Assembly (NCBI RefSeq): GCF_009914755.1
Contig: NC_060929.1
From: the human T2T-CHM13v2.0 reference genome, Homo sapiens
Reading direction: 5' to 3' (one strand)
DNA length: 64,000 nucleotides
Shown here: positions 42,792 through 56,083 of the stretch, piece by piece
How the letters are laid out: each line of letters opens with the position of its first letter
Position numbering within the stretch: position 1 is the stretch's first letter
Position numbers and translations under genes: made by a program
Notes under the pieces: generated by a model
Seen by the model: only the letters and a program-made list of their open reading frames with translations
Database searches by the model: none
What the model was told of the DNA's origin: nothing

Positions 42792-43426
42792 AAATGAGGG
42801 CATTGAAAACTGAAGATGTTGAAGAAGGATTTCAGGTTCTTAAAATATCAATGAGATTCATATGAGAAAAGAGGGTGAGGGCAATCCAGGGCCAGTAGCA
42901 GAATGAGTAAAAGCTTGCAGTAGCAAATGTGCAAGTTGCATCTGTGAGCAAATGTCCGAATTTCATGAAATTCAGGATTCCCTATATAAAGATAGAAAAT
43001 AAATTTTATCTATTTGTGTAAATCCAATTATTGTGGCATTTTATGCCATCTTTGGAGTCTAAATCTTATCCAGTAATAATCATGGGTCCATATAGGCTTT
43101 TGAGCCAAAGACTAGCATGTAAAACCGGCCTTGCAGGAAGATAGATGGAGTAGCAGTAGGTAGAAGACACAGGAGCCATAGAAGACTGAGAGAAGTAGCA
43201 CTCTGCCATAGTTTTCAACACATATGATGATTAATTTTGAAACTACAGTAGTTAATGCATGATGTTGAATGTACAGCCCACCATCATGGTCTGGCAAAGA
43301 ATGTAAGACTCCAGAGAAACAACTGGATTTGATGCAAATAAATGTATGAAATGAAAATGATGAAAGAAGAATAAGCATTTTGGAGACTCTGAGTTCCAGT
43401 GAATTGAATGGTATCATCTACTTTTA

Positions 43427-43429
43427 AAA

Positions 43430-43472
<43 letters not shown>

Positions 43473-43500
43473 AGGCAGCGGAGAGAGAGAGAGAGAGAGA
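43427..43500. repeat. (AAAT)n followed by (GA)n
   Basis: Seen directly. Confidence 0.95.
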
Positions 43501-44974
43501 AAGTCACAGCTTATTTGAGATGAAAATGATCTCAAATTTTAATATGTTTAGTTTGAGGAGATAGTGCACAAAGGGAGTAAGTCCCAAAAGCAGCTGAGAT
43601 ATATAGAATTTTGAAGCTGGGGTAAACGAAACAAAAGTTTCTCTTATGACTCAAACGAACTCGCTGAGCCAGGAAAAGGAGAAAAAACAAAAAAAAACAA
43701 TCAACTTTGCCTGGTACCATCAGAGGGTGTTAGCAGTTACTCATTTTAAGTGTCACTTTGCAAACAGACTTAAACCAACCTTTTGGAACCTAACCAAAGC
43801 ATAAATAGAAGAAGTTCTGTAAAGAGGAGGGCTATCAACATGGAAGTGAAAGTCAAAACCATGAGTCACAGTTGATTCAGGGAAAGCATACAAAAGAGAA
43901 AGAGAAATGGCCAAGAATTAAACTCTGGGAACATTCACAGATAAGAAAAATATAAGGAAGAATTTAATTTCAAAATACAGTTTCTTTAACTACCCAAAAC
44001 TCAGAGACATGAGGCCAAATTTGGTCAGATCAAATGTGGAAAACCCACACTGAAACACTGGAAAGAAAAAGCCGGAGAAAAACCAAAACAAATCTTTTAA
44101 ATCAGAATTTGGAGTACGTTGTTTACTGGAAATCAAGAAACTCTCAAAATCAACCAGTATATGACTGTATGTCACAGAAGAAATTTATTACTAAAACAAA
44201 AATTCTCTGGGGAAAATAAAAAGCAGATACATTTTAGTTTCAAATTCAATTACAAAGATATTAAGACTAAAAAATATATTTACCTGTGGAGTAGCCCAAT
44301 TAGCTGAATTAACCTGTAATATTAAATTTGAAATGATTATATTTTTCTTCAAAAATCACATATGTAAATAAAAATACATTAAAAATAATAAATAAGTCCA
44401 AAGTTTAAATGCTTTTATATGTATTTTTTTCAGATGGTAAATATAGTGAACTGCTTTCTCTGTAAATGTTCCTCCTCTATCCATCATGTCAGAAAGATCC
44501 ACTATACTCTTTCTCATAGACTCTCACATTTATGGATTCTCAAGAACAATTTCACTTTCACTGGAATTAAAGCAAGTATGTTCTTTTTCCTGATGGCCAA
44601 ATCCCAAGAGATTTAGTTAAATTGAAGTTGGGCAAAGGTACTAAGTCTCAAGAGCACTTATTGGGAATCTGTGGGTGTGTCTTGTCACCAGGGTTACAGT
44701 AAAACATGTTTCCAAGCTTGGAGGTAAGCAAAAGTGGCTCTAAAAACAATTATAAGTTTTAAACTTGCTTTAATGTGGTAACCAAAAAGAGTAAGGCTAC
44801 TTTAACGTATTTTTATTTGAATTTAACAATTGCCCACATTTTTCTGTACTTTTTTCAAATCATATTTTCAAGAAATAAAGCAATGAAGATAAATTTAAAG
44901 TCCTTCATATCTACCTCCACCCCACTTTCACTCTTTTCCTCCCTAAAGGCAAACTTCAGAAACTAAATAAATAT

Positions 44975-45860
44975 TCAGCCTCACCAGTAACCAGGGAAGT
45001 ACAAATTAAAACCATGAGATACCATTTCACATGCATCAGATTGCCCAGCATTTATAAAGCCTGACAATGTCAGGCTCTGGTGAGTCTGTGAGAAAACAGG
45101 GATCCTCTATCCATATGATGGGAATATAAACTTGGAACTATCACTTTGGGGATAAATTTGCCAGTATCTTGTAAATGTAGAATGTGTTTACTCAATGGCA
45201 GGGCAATTCCACAGATAGATTGAGAAAATATTCTTTCCTTCTTCTGGGCATATAGAAGGATTAAACTCCTAGTCCCCATGTCTTTGGGTGGGACTAGTTC
45301 TAGCCAATAATTTACAGTCAAACAATGTTGTCATGTGTTGCTGGATATGTAATTGCCAGTGTAAGACTCTCAAGCTCCATCTTGCCTTGTGAAGATGATC
45401 TTGGAAGCATATGCTAATGTGTAGGGGACACAAAATCAAGTCAGCCTCAGAATGCTGAGCCACATACATGGTCAGGAGCTGTCCTCAAGGATCATCTGAA
45501 CCTGTTAACAGATTTTATGTGAGAAAGATAAAAAATTTCTCTTGTGTTAGGCCACTGAGGTTTGGAGGTTGCTTCCTATGGCAGCAAAACTAGCTTATCC
45601 CAGCAAATACATAAATTTACACACCAGACAAAAATTCTTACTCATATACACAAGAAGACACAGGCACAAATGCATCCTTTATAATAAAAGAAAATTGAAG
45701 AATGTTTCAGTTTATGAGTAGTGCAGTTAATTGTGGTATACTTTTATGTTTTCAACCAAAAACATAAAATAATTTATGTGTATATGGATTAATCCTGAAA
45801 CAAATTTTTGAGACAAACAAGTTGACATATGATATGCACAATACAGTAATGCTAGAAAAT
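44975..45860 (+). mobile_element. L1ME-like 3' fragment split by an MLT1 LTR
   Basis: cctcaccagtaaccagggaagtacaaattaaaaccatgagataccatttcac; L1-like sequence resumes after 45611 (aaattcttactcatatacacaagaagaca). Confidence 0.65.
45240..45611 (+). mobile_element. MLT1 (MLT1J-like) MaLR LTR
   Basis: gactagttctagccaat...tgtgttaggccactgaggtttggaggttg...gcagcaaaactagcttatcccagcaaataca. Confidence 0.75.
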
Positions 45861-46189
45861 AAGCTCTATTAGCACAGGATATTGTTTCAGTAACTACCAT
45901 ATTCCCACTGTTTAGAACAGTTCCTGGCAGGTGACAGCAATAACTCAATAAATATCTTTTAAGTGAATAAATTATTATTTTGCAATGTTTAGAAATGTAG
46001 TATATACTATATAATACCTAGGGATCATATATGTAATAAACATTTATGAAACATGCTGGAACTTCATTTTATTAGTTCATTTTAAGTCCCACAGAGTAAT
46101 TATAAGGGTAACTCCATTGACTTGTAAACCCCAAATTAAGCTTTCCTTGTATTAGGACATTCTGATTTGACATTTGCTGTTGACATTAC

Positions 46190-46340
46190 TTCAGAGCCAG
46201 TCTCCTCACTAGTAAAGGACTGAAACAGTATCTACTGCACAATATTCTTGTGAGGATGAAATTAGATGGTATGATCAGAGTGCTCAGAACAGAGAGTAGC
46301 ATAAGTAGGCAATCAATAACTATTAGCAACTATTATTGTT
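46190..46340 (+). mobile_element. MIR 3' half
   Basis: ttgtgaggatgaaattagatggtatg...gtgctcagaacag...caataactattagc. Confidence 0.7.
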
Positions 46341-46892
46341 GTTGTTGTTGCTGTTGTTGTTATGGCTACCATTATTTCTTATCTGGCTTTAAACTATAGA
46401 TCACTTTATTTTATACTTTTTTAGTATTTGCATAATGATGTAAAATACCTGCAGGAATTAACGAATCAAATGTCCTCTTATATTGCCAGCTTCTTGGCGA
46501 TATACTAGGTTTGTAAGTAAACTATTTCAACATCTAAACTTTTATACTAACAAGGAGTTCAATATTATACCTAAATTTGTGAAACTAAAATATAGAAGAA
46601 AAAAAAACTAACCAGGTTTAGGAGAGAAGTTTGAGATGTTGGCCTCCTTTTTTCTGAAGTTTCTCAATTGTATTTCCTACTATAAAGCCAGATTGAAAAA
46701 ATGATTGTGAATGTGTATGTGTGTGTGTTATACCAAATAGATATTGCCATTAGCTATTTGAAGCTTACAGGTTAAATTATAATTGAGTATGTAGAAGTTC
46801 AAAATTCAAAGCTATTTTCTCCACTGATGAGAGTGAACTTTTGTTTGGGATTGTACCCTTAAGAGCAGCAAATGAAAAAATTAATGGCCCTC

Positions 46893-47581
46893 TAATTAAA
46901 AAAAATCAAAAGATAATAGATGTTGGCATGGATGTGACGAAAAAAGAACTCTTTTACACTGCTGGTAGGAATGTAAACTAGTACAACCACTATGGCAAAC
47001 AGTATGGAGATTCCTTAAAGAACTAAAAGTACAACTACCATTCGATTCAGCAATCTCACTACTGGGAATCTACCCAAAGGAAAAGAAGTCATTATACAAA
47101 AAAGACACATGCACACGCGTGTTTATAGCAGCACAATTCCCATTTGCAAAAATATGGAACCAATTTAAATGCCCATCAACCAACAAGTGGATAAAGATAA
47201 TGTGGTATATATACACCATGGAATACTACTCAGCCGTAAAATGGAATGAAATAATGTCTTTTGCAGCAACTTGGATGTTGGAGGCCATTACTCTAAGTGA
47301 AGTAACTCAGGAGTGCAAAAACCAAACATAATATGTTTTCATTTATAAGTACAGATAAGATATGCTGATGCAAAGGCAAAAGAATAATATAATGAACTTT
47401 GGGTACTCAGGGGGAAAGATGGGATGGGGGCTAAGGGATAAAAGACTACATATTGGATACAGTGTACACTGTTTGTGTGACAGGTACACCAAAATCTCAG
47501 AAATCACCGCTAAAGAACGTATCCCTGTAACCAAAAACTACCTGTTCCCTAAAAACTATTGAAATAAAATAAAATGATTTA
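46893..47581 (+). mobile_element. 5'-truncated L1PB
   Basis: L1PB 3' end ctacctgttccctaaaaactattgaaataaaa; 18-bp TSD AAAAAATTAATGGCCCTC at 46875-46892 and 47582-47599. Confidence 0.95.
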
Positions 47582-49410
47582 AAAAAATTAATGGCCCTCA
47601 TTGTCCTTACCAAACTTTCTGAGCCCTGGAATGCCACCTAAATAGAATTCCTTTCACTAACCCTTCACAGTCTTTGTATTTCTCACTGACAATCACTTAG
47701 AATTCTAATATACAGATAAATTACACTGGCCAGATTTAATCTTTTTTAATTTTAATAAGATTAAATGTGAATTCCTACATTGCCTTTTAAAAAAGATGCA
47801 AACATTGGTAGACATCTGCTCACCATATATTTAACTTCTCTTTAGACAGTGTTCATTTTGGAGACACACATTTGTGAGAAAGTGATAGTGGGTGTCCAAA
47901 ACAAGCATCAATTTACAACATCCTACTTTAAATGGACATGATGGTTTTACTGTTTCACATGGAACAACTTTTTTGACTACTCTGTCTGTGCCTGAAGGAA
48001 ATATAAATTATAAAAAAGGCTGAGTGACTCCCAAAAATCAGGCAAAGTTTACCTTATTGCCAAAGTTTAGCATGAAAACAAGTCACATAAATGCATTCTA
48101 TGTCTATTGTATAATTTCACTTTTCTTTTAACATATCTTTCTATGGTAATACCAATAATTAATAAACATGTTTGTTGAAAATAATGTAGTCAATATTAGG
48201 GATTTTTAATTTTCAGAAAGTAAACACTGCTTTGCCACTAAACTTTATCCTTGGAGAATTTTTTATCTTGTTGGTTTTAATAGAAATAAAAACTCATTAA
48301 CAGAAGATTTTTTACCCAAACCATTACAACTTCATCACTTTAAATCACAGCTCATTAAAACAATTATAATCAAATGTTTCAATTTTTTTCCCTTGTGTGA
48401 AACAGCTGAAAAGGTTATGTTTGTTTTTCTTTATCTAAATCTCTGGAGTGACATAAACAGGCTATATAGATCTATATGCTGTTTTTCATTTATATTTCAG
48501 TGTGTCTCTGATGCTAGTTTGAGTTAATTTATATTTATTTTAACATTATTTCTATAGAATTTGAAGACACTTAATACCATCCTCTCAAAATTCAAATATT
48601 GGCAGGTGATTGCTTAATGAAATTCGGTTACATTTCCCTGCAGGTGGACTCTATTTTGGACATCTCCAAATTTAAAAGAAGATAAATTCTTAATGGTTAT
48701 TTTGCCTTCTTTTATATTTTGAAGTACAACACAACATACAGTGTTATCTGAGCAACCCTGGACCACCAAAAACAAAAACAAAAAACAAACAAACAATAAA
48801 ACACCCTAGCTACAGGTATGCAGAGCTCAATACAGCTACATATTTTCTGTTTTAAGAGCTGTGGGGAATGAATTGAAATGTTCTGGTCTCTCATTGTTTT
48901 AGCTTGTTGTTTTTATTAATTTTCATACTAAATACATATAAATTAAATATGAGTCAATATGTAAGATTTCATTCAAATTGACCCACCCAGTTATCTGAAT
49001 ACCAAGATACCTACCACCAGAAAGACATTTTAAGCAGAAGCTTGGAATCTGCTGCAACTTCCCATATCAATGCTATTCCATATAACATGCCATATTTTCA
49101 GGATCACCTTCCCTTTATTAACCATTGCAATAATATATATAATTGATGTTTTCGTCAACAGTTAGTAGCAACTGCACAATTACCAACTTAAGTTGACAAA
49201 ATTCTAGATGTACAACTAAATATTTTACATCACAACCCAGATAGCATAGGCAAATCTTTTGTATATGTAAATCAGATTATCATTTAGAAAATATTAATAA
49301 AGTCATTATTCCATGTAGAGCACTGTCCAAAGTGCTATGAAAACATATGACAAGATAAGGTCAACTTCCTGAAGTTCACATCACAATTTTTAAAGAATAT
49401 TGCATGTACA

Positions 49411-51786
49411 TATCAAAAAGATAACATATCATGATCAAGATAGTTTCATACCAGGGATACAGGGTTGGTTTAACATATGCAGGTCAATAAATGTGACACA
49501 TCATGTAAACAAAATTAAAAACAAAAACCATATGATCATCTCAATAGATGCAGGAAAAGCATTTGACAAAATCCAGCATCTCTTTATGATAAAAACCCTC
49601 AACAAAATAGGCAGACAAGGGACTTACCTCAAACTAATAAAAGCCATCTATGATAAACCCACAGTCAACATCATATTGAATGGAGAAAAGTTGAATGCAT
49701 TCCCCCTGAGAACTGGAACAAGACAAGGATGCCCATTTTCACCACTTTTATGCAACATAGTACTGAAAGTCATGGCCAGTGCAATCAGGCAAGAGAAAGA
49801 AACAAAGGACATTCAAATTGGAAAAGGGGAAGTCAAACTATTGCCAGTGATATGATTGTATACCTAGAAAATACTAAAAACTAATCCCAAAAGCTCCTAG
49901 ATCTGATTAACAAATTCAGTACAGCCTCAGGATGCAACATTAACATACAAAAATGAGTACCACTGCTATACACCAAAAATAAACAAGCTGAGAATCAAAT
50001 CAAGAACTCAATCCCTTTTACAACAGCTGAAAATAAATAATATTCTTAGGAATATACTTAACCAAGGAACTGAAAGATCTCTACAGGGAAAACTGTAAAA
50101 CACTGCTGAAAGAAATCATAGATGACACAAACAAATGGGAACACCTCCCATGCACATGGGTGGGAAGAATCAATACTGTGAAAATGACCATAGTGCCCAA
50201 AGCAATCCACAGATTTAATGCAATTCCCATCAAAATGCTATCATCATTTTCCACAGAACTAGAAAAACAATCCTAAAATTCATATGGAACCAAAAAAGAG
50301 CCTGGATAGCCAAAGCAATACTAAGCAAAAAGAACAAATTTGGAGACATCACATTACCCGACTTAAAATTATACTGCAAGGCTATAGTTACCAAAACAGC
50401 ATGGTGCTCGAATAAAAATAGGCACTTAGACTAGAAAACTCAGAAACAAAGCCAAATACTTACAGCCAACTGGTCTTCGACAAAGCATACAAAAATGTAA
50501 ATTAAGAAAGGACATCTTATTCAATAAATGGTGCTGGGAAAACTGGCAAGCTACATGTAGAAGAATGAAACTGGATCCTCATCTCTTACCTTATACAAAA
50601 ATCAACTCCAGGTAGATCGAAGACTTACATCTCAGACCTGAAACTATAAAAATTCTAGAAAATAACATCGTAAAAACTCTTCTAGAAATTGGCTTAGGCA
50701 AAGAATTCACGACGAAGACCCAAAAGCAAATGCAACAAAAATAGAAATAAATAAATAAGACCTAACTAAATTTAAAAGCTTCTGCACAGCAAAAGAAATA
50801 ATCAGCAGAGTAAACAGACAACCCACAGAGTGGGAGAAAATATTTGCAAACTATGCATCCAACAAAGGACTAATATCTGGAATCCTCAAGGAATTCAAAC
50901 AAATCAGCAATAAAAGAAAAATTTAAAAAGGAAACAAATAGTCCATCGAAAAGTAGGCAAGGGACATGAACGGACATTCTCAAAAGAAGATATATAAAGA
51001 ACCGACAAACATATGAAAAAATGCCCAACATCAATAATCATCAGGAAAATGCAGATTAAAACCACAATAAAATACCACCTTACTCCTGCAAGAATGGCCA
51101 TAATTAAAAACTCAGAAACCAGAGATATTGGTGTGGATGTAATGAAAAGGGAACACTTACACTGCTGGTGGGAATAACTAGTACAACCAGTATGGCAAAC
51201 AGTATGGAGATTTCTTAAAGAACCAAAAGTAGAACTACCATTTGATCCAGCAGTCCCACTACTGGGTATCTACCCAAAGGAAAAGAAGTCATTATATGAA
51301 AAAGACACATGCATATGCGTGTTTATAGCAGCACAGTTCCCAATTATAAAAATATAGAACCAACCTAAAAGCCCATCAACCAATAAATGGATGAAGAAAA
51401 TGTGGCATATATACCATGGAATACTACTCAGTCATAAAATGGAATGAAATAATGGCACTCGCAGCAAACTGGATGGAGTTAGAGACCATTATTCTAAGTG
51501 AAGTAACTTGGGAATGAAAAACCAAGTATTGTATGTTCTCATTTATAAGTGGGAGCTATGCTATAAAAACACAAAGGCATAAGAATGATATAATGGACTC
51601 CAGCAACTCAGAGGGAAGTGTGGGAGGTGGGTGAGGGATAAAACACTATACTTTGGGTACAGTGTATACTGCTCAGGTGATGGGTACACTAAAATCATAG
51701 AAATCACCACTAAAGAACTTATCCATGCGACCAAAAACCACCTGTACCCCCCAAAATTACTGAAATAAGGATAAAAATTTAAAAAT
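49411..51786 (+). mobile_element. 5'-truncated L1PB (RT domain to 3'UTR)
   Basis: RT peptide [40 protein letters not shown]; TSD ATATTGCATG(T/C)ACA at 49397-49410 and 51787-51800. Confidence 0.95.
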
Positions 51787-52778
51787 ATATTGCATGCACA
51801 ATTATACCTCTTTTTATCATCAGTTTTTTCCTGGTGACTTAGGTTACAGATATTATATCTTATACATCCAAAAATTAAGACAAGTAAAATTTTGATATGT
51901 AGACCAAAAGATGTTTTTATCTGACATTTTCCTTAAAGTGTATTCCATTCAATTGAGTGACAATGTAAGGAGTCAAATATAGGGCAGATTAAGTGAACAA
52001 AAGTTCTAAATCAGTGTTATGCACTAGGTCCACCTTCCTTTTTAAGTTTCAAATCATGAAAAAATAAAAGAAGGTTATATTATACGATGCTGAAGGATTT
52101 GAACTGAATTTTTTTTGACTTGAATGCAATAAATTTCTTTCTAATGTGCTATGTTTTAAATATTCAATAAAAACACTAAATGATTTCTCATGATATAATT
52201 TCAAATCCTTGACATTTAAAAGGATGTTAAGGAAGTCTACTTCTGTCCAATCAGTGCTTTTTTTTGCCATGAAACATACAATATTGCCACAGGTTTCTTT
52301 CTAAGGATGGCAGGATTCAAATGGACGGTGTAAGTTAGTTGAGTTTAATTTTACATAATCCATTTTTCTATTACTTTTTGTATCAATATATATGGCTGTC
52401 ATCATTTAGGTAACCAAAAAGTCCAAAGACCTCATACAAAGATTTTTATTCTTCTTGGTTTTAATATGGCAGATTTATTGTTAAATTAGTCTATGATCAG
52501 GATTATATGTAAGTGGTCATTGATTATAAGACCAAGATCTACTTAACTGTTGAAAAAATAAAATTAATCCTCATTCATTTTGATAATATATGTAAATGTC
52601 CATTGCAAAGTTTACATAAATATTTACTTCAATGATATGGAGAAGAAAAAAGATGTACAAAAATATAATGAGAGCTGGAAGAAAGAGCTTCATCATACGA
52701 ATTTAAAATGAGGTTCATAAGGCAAATAACTTGCCAAAGGGTAAGTTACAGATGTGGGACCCGAACTCACTCCACATT

Positions 52779-52827
52779 CCAGTTAGCCTGACTGTGTATA
52801 ACAAATGACTGCAAAACTTAGTGACTT
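52779..52827 (-). mobile_element. MLT1G-like LTR, left piece (continues at 60128)
   Basis: cagttagcctgactgtgtataacaaatgactgcaaaacttagtgactt resembles the MLT1 terminus gttagctattgctgcgtaacaaa..ccccaaaacttagtggctt. Confidence 0.6.
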
Positions 52828-53593
52828 CACATCCACTGTGAGTACTGTTATCAAAAACAGATGTAATACAAAAATACATATAAGTGTTGTTTGGGATGTA
52901 AAGAAGTTGGAACCTGAAAACATCATTGGTCGGAATGTGAAACGGTATAGTAACTTTGGAAAATAGCTTGGCAGTTCATCAAAAATTTACACACAGAGTT
53001 CTCCTATGACCCAACAATTCTACTCCTAGGTATACACCCAAAATAATTGAAAACATATGCTCATACAAAAACTTGTACATGAATCTTTATAGCAGCATTA
53101 TTAATAATAGCTAAAAAGTGAAAACAATCCAAATTTCCATCAACTGATAAATGTATAAACAAATGTTGTGCATCCATATAACGAAATATTACTCAGCCAT
53201 AAAAATGACTAAAATAACAAAACCTGCTACATTAGCCTTGAAAACATTATGCTAAGTGAAAGAAGCTAGATACAAATGGCCACATATTGTATGATTCCAT
53301 TTACATAAAATGACCAGAATAGACAAATTCATTGAGAGATAAAATAGATTGTTTTCTAGGGAATGAGAGGAAGAAGGAATGGGTAGTTACTGCTGATGGA
53401 TATGGGACTTCTTTTTCAGGTGATGAAAATATTCTGGAATTAGACAGTAGTGATAACTGTAAAACCTTGTGAATATACCAAAAATCACTGACTTATACAC
53501 TTTAAAATGATGAATTTTATGGCATGTGTATTACACGTTAATATAATCAATATAATGCAATCAAATTAAAAATCTGAATAAAAACTAATTTTT
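52828..53593 (+). mobile_element. L1MB 3' end
   Basis: ccttgaaaacattatgctaagtgaaagaagc...cacatattgtatgattccattta...ggtgatgaaaatattctggaattaga...tacactttaaaatgatgaattttatgg. Confidence 0.9.
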
Positions 53594-54070
53594 AAAATGT
53601 CTTAACCAGGATTTCCCGGGCAAGATGGCTGAATAGGAACAGCTCCTGTATGCAGCTCCCAGCAAGACCAACGCAGAAGGTGGGTGATTTCTGCATTTCT
53701 AACTGAGGTACACAGTTCATCTCATACAGACTGGTTACACTGTGGGTGCAGCCCACAGAGGGCAAGCAGAAGCAGGGTAGGGCATTGCCTTACCCAGGAA
53801 GAGCAAAGTGTCAGGGAACTCCCTCCCCTGGCATTTCCTTCCAAGAAAAAGATGTGAGGGAAAGTTTCCTTTGCCTCCAAGGAAAGATGTAAGGGACCTT
53901 GCAGTGAGGGGTGGTGCTATCTGGCCCAGATACTATGCTTTTCCCATGGTCTTCGCAACCCACAGACCAGGAGATTCCTTTGGGTGCCTACACCACAAGG
54001 GCCCTGGGTTTCAAGCACAAAACTGGGCAGCCATTTGGGCAGACATCGAGCTAGCTACAAGAGGTTTCTT

Positions 54071-54289
54071 TCATACCCCAGGGGCACCTGGAATGCCAGC
54101 TAGGCAGAAACGTTCACTCTCCTGGAAAAGGGGCTGAAGCAAGGGAGCTAAGTGGTCTTGCTCAGCAGATCCTACCCCCACAGAGTCCAGCAAGCTAAGA
54201 TCCACTGGCTTGAAATTCTCGCTGCCAGCATAGCACTCTGAAGTCGACCTGGAACACTTGAGCTTGGTGGGGGTAGAGGTATCTGCCAT
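54071..54289 (-). CDS. L1 ORF0-like antisense ORF, 72 aa (MADTSTPTKLKCSRSTSECYAG...DSVGVGSAEQ...)
   Basis: Open frame in the L1 5'UTR with ATG context gtaATGG; N-terminal half resembles L1HS ORF0 (MAGAPPPASLPPCSLISDCCAS..DSVGVGPSEP, from memory). Expression not shown. Confidence 0.5.
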   Translation of the reverse strand: MADTSTPTKLKCSRSTSECYAGSENFKPVDLSLLDSVGVGSAEQDHLAPLLQPLFQESERFCLAGIPGAPGV

Positions 54290-54997
54290 TACTGAGACTT
54301 GAGTATGCGGTTTTCCCCTCACAGTGTAAACAAATCCGCTTGGAAGTTTGGACTAGGCAGAGCCCGCTGCAGTGGCACAAAGCTGCTGTAGCCAGATTGC
54401 CTCTCTAGATTCCTCCTGTCTAGGCAGGGCATCTCCAAAAGAAAGGCAGAAGCCCCAGTTAGGGGCTTATAGATAAAACTCCCATCTCCCTGGGACAGAG
54501 CACCTAGGGGAAGGGGCGGCCATGGGCACAGCTTCAGCAGACTTAAACGTTCCTGCCTACTGGCTCTGAAAACAGCAGTGGATCTCCCAGCACAGCGCTT
54601 GAACTCTACTAAGGAACAGTCTGCCTCCTCAAGTGGGTCCCTGACCCTCATGCCTCCTGATGGGGGGACACCTCCCAGGAGGTTTCAACAGACACTTCAT
54701 ACAGGAGAGCTCTGGCTGGCATCTGACGGGTGCCCCTCTTGGACAAAGCTTCCAAAGGAAGGAGCAGGCAGCAATCTTTGCTGTTCTGCAGCTTCTGCTG
54801 GTGATACACAGGCAAACAGGGTCTGGAGTGGACTCTCAGCAAACTCCAGCAGAGCTGCAGAAGAGGGGCCTGACTGTTAGAAGGAAAACTAGCAAACAAA
54901 AAGGAATAGCATCAACATCAACAAAAAAGATGACCACACAAAAACTCCATCCAAAGATCACCAACAGCAAAGACCAAAGCCAGATAAATTCACAAAG

Positions 54998-56023
54998 ATG
55001 AGGACAAAACAGCACAAAAGGGCTGAAAATTCCAAAAACCAGAATGCCTCTTCTCCTCCAAGGGATCACAACTCCTCACCAGCAAGGGAACAAAACTGGA
55101 TGGAGAATGAGTTTGGTGAATTGATAGAAGTAGGCTTCACAAGGTGAGTAAGAACAAACACCTCCAAGCTAAAGGAGCGTGTTCTAACCCAATGTAAGGA
55201 AGCTAAGAACATTGATAAAAGGTTAGAGAAATTGCTAACTAGAATAACCAGTTTAGAGAAGAACATAAATGACCTGATGGAGCTGAAAAACACAGCACGA
55301 GAACTTCGTGAAGCATCCACAAGTATCAATAGCCAAATCGATCAAGTAGAAGAAAGGATATCAGAGGTTGAAGATCAACTTAATGAAATAAAGCATGAAG
55401 ACAAGATTAGAGAAAAAAGAATGAAAAGGAATGAACAAAGCCTCCAAGAAATATGGGACTATTTGAAAAGACCAAATCTACATTTGATTAGTGTACCTGA
55501 AAGTGACAGGGAGAACGGAACCAAGTTGGAAAACACACTTCAGGATATTATCCAGGAGAACTTCCCCAGCCTAGCAAGACAGGCCAACATTAAAATTCAG
55601 AAAATATAGAGAACACCACAAAGACATTCCTCGAGAAGGGCAACCCCAAAACATATACTGGTCAGAATCACCAAGGTTGAAACGAAGGAAAAAATGTTAA
55701 GGGCAGCCAGAAAGAAAGGTCAAGTTACCCACAAAGGGAAGCCCATCAGAATAACAGCAGATCTCTCTGCAGAAACCCTACAAGCCAGAAGAGAGTGGGG
55801 GCCAATATTCAACATTCTTAAAGAAAAGAATTTTCAACCCAGAATTTCATATCCAAACAAACTAAACTTCATAAGTGAAGCAGAAATAAAATCCTTTACA
55901 GACAAGCAAATGCTGAGAGATTTTGTCACCATCAGGCCTGCCTTACAAGAGCTCCTGAAGGAAGCACAAAATATGGAAAGGAAAAACTGGTACCAGCCAC
56001 TGCAAATACATACCAAATTGTAA
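54998..56023 (+). pseudogene. L1 ORF1p, disrupted by in-frame stops
   Basis: Fragments LTRITSLEKNINDLMELKNTARELRE and LRAARKKGQVTHKGKPIRITADLSAETLQARREW; stops near 55145 and 55607. Confidence 0.92.
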
Positions 56024-56083
56024 AGACCATCAACACTATGAAGAAACTGCATCAACTAATGGGCAAAATAATCAGCTATCATT

